Shown here in pieces: positions 15,001-25,700 of a stretch of 64,000 bases of DNA. Positions within the stretch are counted from its first letter, which is position 1. Every line of letters starts with the position of its first letter. Source of the DNA: Eledone cirrhosa (taxonomy: Eukaryota); NCBI GenBank assembly GCA_964016885.1, contig OZ024759.1, positions 6,324,001-6,388,000 on the forward strand, written 5' to 3'. Both the position numbers and the translations under genes were made by a program. The notes below the pieces were generated by a model. It made no database searches. It was given only the letters and a program-made list of their open reading frames with translations, and was not told the DNA's origin.

Positions 15001-17251
15001 TGTCACTAGGTACCACAGTAAGGTAGTCCACCTAGCTGTCAGTAGGTACCACAGTAAGGTACAGTCCACCTAGCTGTCACTAGGTACCACAGTAAGGTAC
15101 AGTCCACCTAGCTGTCAGTAGGTACCACAGTAAAGTACAGTCCACCTAGCTGTCACTAGGTACCACTATAAGGTACAGTCCACCTAGCTGTCACTAGGTA
15201 CCACAGTAGGGTACAGTCCACCTAGCTGTCAGTAGGTACCACAGTAAGGTACAGTCCACCTAGCTGTCAGTAGGTACCACAGTAAGATACAGTCCACCTA
15301 GCTGTCAGTAGGTACCACAGTAAGGTACAGTCCACCTAGCTGTCACTAGGTACCACAGTAAGGTACAGTCCACCTAGCTGTCAGTAGGTACCACAGTAAG
15401 ATACAGTCCACCTAGCTGTCAGTAGTTACCACAGTAAGGTACAGTCCACCTAGCTGTCACTAGGTACTACAGTAAGGTACAGTCCACCTAGCTGTCAGTA
15501 GGTACCACTATAAGGTACAGTCCACCTAGCTGTCAGTAGGTACCACAGTAAGGTACAGTCCACCTAGCTGTCACTAGGTACCACAGTAAGGTACAGTCCA
15601 CCTAGCTGTCACTAGGTACCACAGTAAGGTACAGTCCACCTAGCTGTCAGTAGGTACCACAGTAAGGTACAGTCCACCTAGCTGTCACTAGGTACGACTA
15701 TAAGGTACAGTCCACCTAGCTGTCAGTAGGTACCACAGTAAAGTACAGTCCACCTAGCTGTCACTAGGTACCACAGTAAGATACAGTCCAACTAGCTGTC
15801 AGTAGGTACAGTCCACCTAGCTGTCACTAGGTACCACAGTAAGATACAGTCCACCTAGCTGTCAGTAGGTACAGTCCACCTAGCTGTCACTAGGTACCAC
15901 AGTAAGGTACAGTCCACCTAGCTGTCACTAGGTACCACAGTAAGGTACAGTCCACCTAGCTGTCACTAGGTACCACAGTAAGGTAGTCCACCTAGCTGTC
16001 AGTAGGTACCACAGTAAGGTACAGTCCACCTAGCTGTCAGTAGGTACCACAGTAAGGTACAGTCCACCTAGCTGTCACTAGGTACCACAGTAAGGTACAG
16101 TCCACCTAGCTGTCACTAGGTACCACAGTAAGGTACAGTCCACCTAGCTGTCACTAGGTACCACAGTAAGATACAGTCCACCTAGCTGTTACTAGGTACC
16201 ACAGTAAGGTACAGTCCACCTAGCTGTCACTAGGTACCACAGTAAGGTACAGTCCACCTAGCTGTCAGTAGGTGCCACAGTAAGGTACAGTCCACCTAGC
16301 TGTCACTAGGTACCACAGTAAGGTACAGTCCACCTAGCTGTCAGTAGGTACCACAGTAAGGTACAGTCCACCTATCTGTCACTAGGTACCACAGTAGGGT
16401 ACAGTCCACCTAGCTGTTACTAGGTACCACAGTAAGGTACAGTCCACCTAGCTGTCACTAGGTACCACAGTAAGGTACAGTCCACCTAGCTGTCAGTAGG
16501 TGCCACAGTAAGGTACAGTCCACCTAGCTGTCACTAGGTACCACAGTAAGATACAGTCCACCTAGCTGTTACTAGGTACCACAGTAAGGTACAGTCCACC
16601 TAGCTGTCACTAGGTACCACAGTAAGGTACAGTCCACCTAGCTGTCAGTAGGTGCCACAGTAAGGTACAGTCCACCGAGCTGTCAGTAGGTACCACAGTA
16701 AGGTACAGTCCACCTAGCTGTCAGTAGGTACCACAGTAAGGTACAGTCCACCTAGCTGTCAGTAGGTACCACAGTAGGGTAGTCCACCTAGCTGTCACTA
16801 GGTACCACAGTAAGGTACAGTCCACCTAGCTGTCAGTAGGTACCACAGTAAGGTACAGTCCACCTAGCTGTCAGTAGGTACCACAGTAAGGTACAGTCCA
16901 CCTAGCTGTCACTAGGTACCACAGTAAGGTACAGTCCACCTAGCTGTCAGTAGGTACCACAGTAAGGTAGTCCACCTAGCTGTCAGTAGGTACCACAGTA
17001 AGGTACAGTCCACCTAGCTGTCACTAGGTACCACAGTAAGGTACAGTCCACCTAGCTGTCACTAGGTACCACAGTAAGGTACAGTCCACCTAGCTGTCAC
17101 TAGGTACCACAGTAAGGTACAGCCCACCTAGCTGTCACTAGGTACCACAGTAAGGTACAGCCCACCTAGCTGTCACTAGGTACCACAGTAAGGTACAGCC
17201 CACCTAGCTGTCACTAGGTACCACAGTAAGGTACAGTCCACCTAGCTGTCA
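1..17251. repeat. 38-bp tandem satellite, about 450 copies, runs off the left edge
   Basis: Consensus TAGCTGTCACTAGGTACCACAGTAAGGTACAGTCCACC (38 nt) repeats continuously with recurrent point variants; no ORFs in the track over this interval. Confidence 0.99.
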
Positions 17252-17702
17252 GTGGTTCCTCTGTTCTTACTCACAAGGAGACGAGAACTTTTGTGGCTTC
17301 CTGTTGACATGGGGACCAGGTCTCCCCTGCTCCTTCTGTATTGCACATGGTCACTGCTTTCCCTGTCATCACCCACAACACCAGATCTTCAGTGGTTACC
17401 CCAATGTATCCCACAACACCAGACGTTTAATACTTGCTGTGTGTCCCACAAGATGACCAGATCTTTAGTCGATCAACGTGCACACTATCGTTTACTTTAC
17501 TAACACACACACATAGCTATAGTAGACAGACAGTAGTTATATTACATACAGACACACAATCCCCACCCCACCGTATTATTATTATCATTATGTACATCAC
17601 ATCAGTTTCACTGTCACACCCTCTCTAAATCTGTGTTGTGTTATTATTTCCAGCAATATTATTACAATTTTATTGCAAAACAAATTCATATATACATATA
17701 TA

Positions 17703-17735
<33 letters not shown>

Positions 17736-17819
17736 ACATCAAATAATAAGAATTGAGTTAAAAACTCACAATGTGTATTTCTTTCTATATGCTGATTTAT
17801 ATATATATGTATATATATA

Positions 17820-18010
17820 GTGACGAAGCATAAGTTAATTGCATGAACTCATAATCCTTTATTTACTGCTATATATATTTCGATGATAGCCATTGAATGG
17901 CTATGACTAACTGCCTGATGACATCATAGCCATTCAATGGCTATCATCGAAATATATATAGCAGTAAATAAAGGATTATGAGTTCATGCAATTGACTTAT
18001 GCTTCGTCAC
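17820..18010. mobile_element. Fold-back palindrome (87-bp arms, 17-bp spacer) in a TA tract; probable Penelope-like element terminal-repeat remnant
   Basis: 17820-17906 is the reverse complement of 17924-18010 with one mismatch; spacer plus right arm carry a hammerhead motif; (TA)n on both sides. Confidence 0.7.
17910..17965 (+). ncRNA. Minimal type-I hammerhead ribozyme motif (stem II base degenerate)
   Basis: Stem I ACTGC(17910-14)/GCAGT(17961-65); CTGATGA 17915-21; stem II hairpin ATAGCCATT-C-AATGGCTAT; GAAA 17949-52; palindromic TATATA then TA cleavage site. Closing pair of stem II is C.C instead of G-C. Confidence 0.7.
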
Positions 18011-18148
18011 TATATATATATTATATATATATGTGTAGGAGGTGAGTTTTATTGTAGCACAATCAAGCCATCTTAAATTATTTTTCATATGTTGATTTAA
18101 AACTTCACTGCTCACAAGTATTTTTTTAAGCTTCATATCCCGTCTCCC

Positions 18149-18219
18149 TATTTTATTTGATGAGAACGCAGATATCATCCCATGATGATATTTGTTTTTG
18201 AAATGAGCATAATAAAATA
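18149..18219 (+). ncRNA. Minimal type-I hammerhead ribozyme motif (C3->U variant)
   Basis: Stem I TATTTTAT/ATAAAATA (8 bp); TTGATGA 18157-63; stem II GCAGATATCATC-CCAT-GATGATATTTGT; GAAA 18200-03; TGAGCA then TA site at 18210-11. Confidence 0.7.
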
Positions 18220-19164
18220 CTTTGAACTCTTTTAACCATCTTTTTAACTTATATATATATATGAGAGTATTGAAGTTTGCTTGAAGCATTGTGGAGTAAT
18301 AAGGTAAATTTCTTTAAGTCGTTTGGAAGCCTCGACAATGCAGATGGGTAAATCTCCGGCTAACAAGATCCGGTGGTGGAGAGGGAGATGTAAGTGGGTG
18401 TACGTTGAGATGCGTGGCGTGTATAAGACTGTAGCGTGTAGAGGAATGAAGGAAAGAGCGTAAAGGATAAAAATAAAAATAACAACACGAGTTACCTTGG
18501 GAGAGATTTAATTGCCCCTATATATTTCGGATTCATATCCATCAACTGGGGGTTATTTCGGGGGGGGGCGGGGAGGTTGTCTGTCAGAAAGGTGTGAAAC
18601 GTGTCCTCTGCTGTTCGTTGTTTTGAATACACTGACATTAATGATTCACTCAATATGTATTGGTCATGGTGTAACAACACAATCCTTGTATTAATATCAT
18701 GCTCTACTTCTCAAATTCTTTGCTCAATATTACAGCTCACATCTACGTATCTTTAGCCAGCCTTCAGCAACGTTGTATCTCATAGTAAGTTTCTCAGGTG
18801 TTTTAATGATAGGGACCCCAGTCTTATCGTGTTACAGCTCACACCTATGTAGGTTTAGCCGGCCTCCTACAAGGTTGTATCTCATAGGAGGTTTTTTGGG
18901 TGTTTTAATGACCCAAGTCCCATCATGTTGTTGTTGATTTGGAGGTTTAGCTCGTCTCCTAGGAGTTGTAATCCTCTATCAATAAAACAGCCAAGATGCT
19001 TTCTATGTGATACAACCTTGTAGGAACTAAGCCTATATAGGCATGAGCTTTGAAATTTAGTTGAATATATATTGATAGTGGCCCTTGTCTTCACCCTGGT
19101 CAGTTTTATTACGGTCCTTAATAATCATCATCATCATTTAACATCTGCTTTCCCTGCCAGCAAA

Positions 19165-19527
19165 GGTTGGATGGGTCTACATAGACTAAAGCCAGTACTG
19201 AAAGGGGTTTACTGAGGGTTGGATGGGTCTACATAGACTAAAGCCAGTACTGAAAGGGGTTTACTGAGGGTTGGATGGGTCTACATAGACTAAAGCCAGT
19301 ACTGAAAGGGGTTTACTGAGGGTTGGATGGGTCTACATAGACTAAAGCCAGTACTGAAAGGGGTTTACTGAGGGTTGGATGGGTCTACATAGACTAAAGC
19401 CAGTACTGAAAGGGGTTTACTGAGGGTTGGATGGGTCTACATAGACTAAAGCCAGTACTGAAAGGGGTTTACTGAGGGTTGGATGGGTCTACATAGACTA
19501 AAGCCAGTACTGAAAGGGGTTTACTGA
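19165..19527. repeat. 52-bp tandem repeat, 7 essentially identical copies
   Basis: Unit GGTTGGATGGGTCTACATAGACTAAAGCCAGTACTGAAAGGGGTTTACTGAG at 19165, 19217, 19269 ... 19477; starts inside a (CAT)n-tailed retroelement end. Confidence 0.97.
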
Positions 19528-19554
19528 CATTCTTGACAGACCAAGGCTCTACAG

Positions 19555-19825
19555 CAGTAGTTCCTAACCTTTTCTCCACCATGCATGCCCCACCTCAACA
19601 TCTAAAATATTGTTATGTCCCCCTTTCACATGAAAACAAATTGGTGTAGGTGGTGCCAGATGTTCAATAACAAATGGAGGAGGTGAGACAGGAGTTTCTG
19701 ACAGTAATGCGTACCAAAGTTACCTTGGTGTAAACGTAATAAGGTAAAACCTGAGATTTGCTCTCATTAACATCATTTTCAAATGACCCCCCTGTGGAGT
19801 GTGTGCCCCACGGTGGGAATCACTG
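19555..19825. mobile_element. Non-autonomous hAT-type MITE
   Basis: TIRs CAGTAGTTCCTAACC / GGTGGGAATCACTG; perfect 8-bp TSD CTCTACAG at 19547-54 and 19826-33. Confidence 0.9.
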
Positions 19826-20133
19826 CTCTACAGCTTGCTTACATACAGTCAAAAGTTATATCAAGGGCAGAAAGTTGTCATGTCTTTTGACACAAACTGA
19901 AGGACCATCCTAACCCCTCATAAATCACTGTAAAACATTTAACAAAGAAAAAAATAAAATAACAGAAGAAAAAACTTTATTTTGTTTCGCTTTTGTTTTT
20001 GATATTTTTTTGTGAGTTTTTTTTTTATATCTGCAACGAATTTAGAATATATTTTTATAGAAATAAGGTTTGATGGTATAACTAAAACATTTATATAACA
20101 GCTGTGTTTGTAGGTATATACTTACATACATGT

Positions 20134-20345
20134 ATCATCATCATTTTACGTCCGCTTTTCCCTGCTTGCAAGGGTAGGACGGGAACTGATTCTGGCTTGA
20201 TTTCTACAGCTGGATGCCCTTCCTAACACCAACCTCATTTAGAGTAAGTGCTGGGTGCTTGTTTTGCCATGGTGCCTACACGTCCACTTTACAGTGTGGG
20301 CTGGGTGCTTTTTTGCCGTGGCACCTCCACGACCACTTTGCAGTG
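20134..20345 (-). mobile_element. RTE-LINE 3' tail fragment
   Basis: (CAT)n tail plus GGATGCCCTTCCTAACACCAACC motif shared, reverse-complemented, with the 3' UTR of the RTE at 61200-61420. Confidence 0.75.
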
Positions 20346-20369
20346 GAATGATAGGGACCCCAGTCCCTA

Positions 20370-20750
<381 letters not shown>

Positions 20751-21529
20751 ACAATAGGTAGTATGTTTAGAAAGCAGTGAGCAAAGTTTGAAAATTAAAA
20801 TATAAAGCTTAGCTGTAATATTTGACTAAATAAACTGACCGAGGGGAAAACTATGGGTCTTAGCAGACATGGGAATCAAAGAAAAGGTATGGGTTCAACT
20901 CCCATGTCAGCTGTTACCCATCTTTTTACATTCAATGGGTTTATATGACCCATTATTAAGACTATGTTATGGTGAAGCCTTCTATTTCAATTTTCATACA
21001 TACCATATATCGAGCACAGACAGTAGTTTATGTTAAGTGATATATGTAGCTATATATATACATTCATACATATATACAGATGTATATGCATTCATACAGT
21101 GAAATGCTTATTCTGAAAGATTTACACAACATAGGGGGCCTCCATATGTCTGGTGAGACAATGGATATTCACCAACACATACAGATATTTATTTATGATA
21201 CAAGGGGCTGTTGTTTTTGTTCTTTATTTCTCTTCCTTATATGGTGTATGGCAATTTGATTATAAATTTGACTAGTTTCATATTTAACATATATTTATTA
21301 CATAATAAACAATTGTCCAATGTCACAGAAACAAAATAAAAAAGAACGTAAAAAAAAAGATGTGTAGGAATGACTTCAGCATATAAATAGGTGGGGTGGG
21401 GGAAGCAATGACTATATATGGTATGGGCTTGATAATTATTAAAGAAAATCTAAGTAACAGTGGGTATCATTGTCGCTAGAAACATTGCTATTGAAGAATT
21501 TTGATTTAAGTTCATGGTTTTATGTGGAA

Positions 21530-21806
21530 ATATGTATATATACATGTGTATGTATATATACATATATGTATATATACATGTATATGTATATATACATATA
21601 TGTATATGTTTATATATATGTATATATACATGTATATGTACATATATGTATATGTTTATATATATGTATATATACATGTGTATGTATGTATATGTGTATG
21701 TATGTATATATACATATGTATATATACCTGTGTATGTATATATATATATGTATATACACATGTATGTATGTATATGTATATACACATGTGTATGTATGTG
21801 TGTGTA

Positions 21807-21860
<54 letters not shown>
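21530..21860. repeat. TA/TG low-complexity microsatellite
   Basis: Degenerate (TA)n/(TATG)n. Confidence 0.95.
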
Positions 21861-21862
<2 letters not shown>

Positions 21863-22150
21863 AGTATGGCGCCATAGTGATATGTGATGTGTATTAGATA
21901 TTTTAAAGCTGGCAGGCAGAGCCGATCACTTCCTCAAGTCTGAACCCAGCTGATTCTTCTAGAGAAGGTGGGGGGTGGGGGGTGGGGGGCTAGAGAGGAA
22001 GTGAGAAAGAGATATAGAAGAAGAATCGACCCCAGTACTCGACTGGTACTTTTTTTTTAATCGACTTTAGAAAGATGAAAGGTAAAGTTGACATTGGCAG
22101 GATTTGAAAAATGAGAGCCCAGAGTTGGAATACTGGAAAGTGTCCTAACC

Positions 22151-22303
22151 CAGCAGTCGCCAACCTCTCCGACCTCACGGACCACTAAATTCATAATTCT
22201 AAATCCTGTGGACCACTAATATGAATTTTTTAAAAAAGATAAATACATTAAAATTTGTCTGCGGACCACCACAATTTTCTGTCGGACCAGTTGGCAACCG
22301 CTC
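22151..22303. mobile_element. Small hAT-like MITE inserted in a diverged minus-strand SINE (SINE part about 22020-22140)
   Basis: Termini CAGCAGTCGCCAAC / GTTGGCAACCGCTC; internal GGACCAC repeats; TSD only partly conserved (TCCTAACC vs TTGTAACT). Confidence 0.6.
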
Positions 22304-22630
22304 TTGTAACTAATGCTCTAATGACTCTGACAATTCATCACAAAACACTTCATATTGCTCCAGTTTATTCAGCTGACAATGAGTACTAGTAGTAACTGGG
22401 GAGTTAACCCTGTGATAGACTGGCGTCATGTCCAGGGGAAAGTCTTGTACACTGATTCACCAAGGAAACTGAGGATAAGCACCGGCCTGTTGAGCCTCCA
22501 GACTTTAACTAATGTATGTGAGTGTGTGTGTCTATGTGTGTGTTTATGTGTCTATGTGAGTGTGTCTATGTGTGTGTTTATGTGTCTATGTGAGTGTGTC
22601 TAGGTGTGTTTGCGTGTGTGTGTGTGTTTT

Positions 22631-22669
<39 letters not shown>

Positions 22670-22689
22670 CCATAGAATACAAGAGGAGT

Positions 22690-22782
22690 TTATTTAGGTT
22701 TTCCGGGAGACGGTGGATCGAGCAAAGCCTTCCTTCGGGCCGTTTCCTTGGAGACGTTGTTGTGGAGCTTGTTGAGTCGTTC
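22690..22782 (-). CDS. SNAPIN: SNAPIN coding exon 4 (terminal)
   Basis: Acceptor tctctctatttccAG|GAA; [30 protein letters not shown], stop TAA at 22692-22690. Confidence 0.96.
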   Translation of the reverse strand, partial: ERLNKLHNNVSKETARRKALLDPPSPGKPK

Positions 22783-25700
22783 CTGGAAATAGAGAGACAT
22801 ACGTAACAACTTGATGAGTGACAGGTAAACAATCTACATTATTACATAACACATACATTGTCATCAACATTGTCATCACCATCACCACAAACACCACCAC
22901 CACCACCATCAACACCACCACAAACAACACCAACAACACCACCACCACCAACACCACCACCACAAACACCACCACCACCAACACCACCACCACCAACACC
23001 ACCACCACCACCACCACCACCACCAACACCACCACCACCACCACCACCACCAACAACACCACCACCAACATCAACACCAACACCACCACCAACACCACCA
23101 CCACCACCAACACCACCACAAACACCACCACCACCAACATCAACACCATCAACACCACCACCACCATCATCATCAACAACAACATCACCATCAACATCAC
23201 CACCACCATCAACACCAATATCACCATCAACACCACCATCATCAACAACAACATCAACACCACCACCATCATCAACAACAACATCAACACCACCAACATC
23301 ATCAACAACAACATCAACACCACCAACATCATCATCAACAACATCAACACCACCACCATCATCAACAACAACATCAACACCACCAACATCACCACCATCA
23401 TCAACAACAACATCAACACCACCAACATCACCATCATCATCATTTTGTGTCTGTCCTTGTTTTATACAATTTAACTCTTTGTCCCCCTATTGCCTCTGGT
23501 GTGACCTCCAAGAGGAGGAGGAGGAGGTGACAGAAGACTATCACGACTAACACCACCACCAACAGTAATACCCCCCCCCCACCACCACCACCACCAACAG
23601 TAATACCCCCCCACCACCACCACCACCAATAAATCTATCTCAAGGCCTCAGATATTTCTATCCATTTGTCTGTCTTGTTCTTCTATTATAATCATTATGT
23701 TCCTGCTCTTTAATTAGTTCCAACTAATTATCTATCGGCCATTTTACTCGTTATTAAGAATTGCTAGATCAAAGACCATCCAATCACTTATTCAGAACAG
23801 ATCACAGAAGATATTGATCTTGTAATTCAATACATAGCAAAGATTGAATCCTAGTCATCTCTCACCCACAAACCCAGTATTGATCAGGTATTTAACAGTT
23901 GGCACCAAACGTTATGACCATTTCTGCTGACGTACTCATTAACCTCATTGATTCATTAAATATTGTAGAAAAAAACCCATAAATAAACCTATTCATCATC
24001 ATCAGCATCATAATCCTTTTTCTGCTTGTCTTTCCCTGCTTGGAAAGGTTAGCAAGTATACCCAGTACACTCTGTAAATGTGGAGGTGCGTGGCCTAGAA
24101 GCAAGGGTGTTGAGTTTGATTCCTGTTGTGTTGTGTTCTTGAACAAAACACTTCAACTGAAAATGAGGTTTACCCCTGCGATGGACTGGCGTCCTGTCCA
24201 GGGGAAGTTTTGTACTCTCAGTCGCTTCACGCCACAGAAACCGGGATAAGCACCAGCCTGATGAGTCTCTGGGTTCGAAACAGACAAGTGGTTGGTGTTA
24301 GGAAGGGCATCCGGTCATAGAAATTCTTAGATAGCTTACCTCTGATCCCACATCTTTTATGTACCCATAGTGTGCATTTGGGACATAAAATGGAATTTCT
24401 ACCTACTCCTTTCCTACACACTGAGCATGGCCATTTCCCAGAGGACTCTTGTGCCCTATTTTCCTTTCTACAAACTAGAACTTTAGTCTTAGACAAGTTA
24501 ACTTTAAGGCCTTTTGATTCTAGGCCATGCTTCCATGTTTGGAATTTCTTCTCTTGTTCAGCCATAGATTCAACTATGAGAGTTAGATCATCTGCGTATA
24601 GAAGTTCCCATGGGCAGCCAGTCTTAAACCCTTCTGTTATAGCATGAAGGGTAATAATAAATAGGAGGGGCTAAGGACAGAGCCTTGATGAACACCAACT
24701 TTTACGCTAAATTCTTCACAATATTCATTGTTAACTCTAACCTTGCTGACTGTTTCATTATACATGGCTTGTATAGCTCTCACAAGCCATTCATCTACAC
24801 CTAGTTTTCTAAGAGCCCACCAGATAATGGAGTGGGGGACTCTCTCAAAGGCCTTCTCCAGGTCTACAAAAGCTAAGTAGAGGGGTTTACTTTTAGCTAG
24901 GTACTTCTCCTATAGTTGTCGTACAAGGAAAAGGGCATCTGTGGTACTTTTGCCTGACACAAACCCAAACTGCATTTCATCTAGATCAATTCTCTCTCTG
25001 ATTAGTTGTGCTATAACTCTTTCTGTGACCTTCATGACCTGGTCAACTAATTTAATGCCTCTATAGTTTCCCCTATCTAGAGCATCCCCTTTACCCTTGT
25101 AGCAGTTAATGATGATGCTGCTACACCAGTCATTTGGTATGACCCCATTCTGTATTACTTGGTTTACTATCCAGGTGACCATAGTATGTCCCACCATTCC
25201 AGATGCTTTCAACATCTCAGCAACTATCTCCGAAGGCCCAGCTGCCTTGCCTGTCTTCATATCTTTGATTGCCTTACTTATTATACTACCTTTAACTCGC
25301 CCCTCTGGTCCCTCTATTGGATCAATTTGGGGCAGACTATCTTTTTCCCATTTATTCTCCTCATTTAGTAGTCTCTCGTAGTGACACTTCCAAGCTACCT
25401 TCTTATCAGTGAGGGCAAGTATAGCAGAAAACATTTTGCCAAGGTGCCTGCCACACTGGAATCAAACTCAAACACAATACCACATCACATGGTTGCAAAT
25501 CCAAGCTTCTTTACCACACAGCTATGCCAGCACCCACATTTGGCACAAAACAAAAACAAAAATAAAAATAAAATAAAGAATAATTTCTTTTTAAAAATTT
25601 AAAAAAATAAAATTAAAAGAAAAAGAAACCTCTCCATTTCCCAAATAACAATTTGAAATGTCAAACCTTGTAGTTATATCCAGTTTATTCAAACCAGTAT

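Noticed and set aside
1-17251. CRISPR-like periodicity (38-bp unit); also the 36-, 48- and 52-bp arrays
   Set aside because: Units are contiguous with no unique spacers, there are no cas genes, and the context is eukaryotic.
18731-19050. Degenerate repeats of about 100 bp with one inverted copy
   Set aside because: Too decayed to classify; no termini or ORF support.
20863-20921. tRNA-like GGTTCAACTCCC motif in an imperfect hairpin
   Set aside because: No cloverleaf or clear A box could be built.
22694-23550. Mucin/extensin-like poly-T, poly-P and poly-V ORFs
   Set aside because: Triplet low-complexity tract open in many frames; lies in SNAPIN intron 3.
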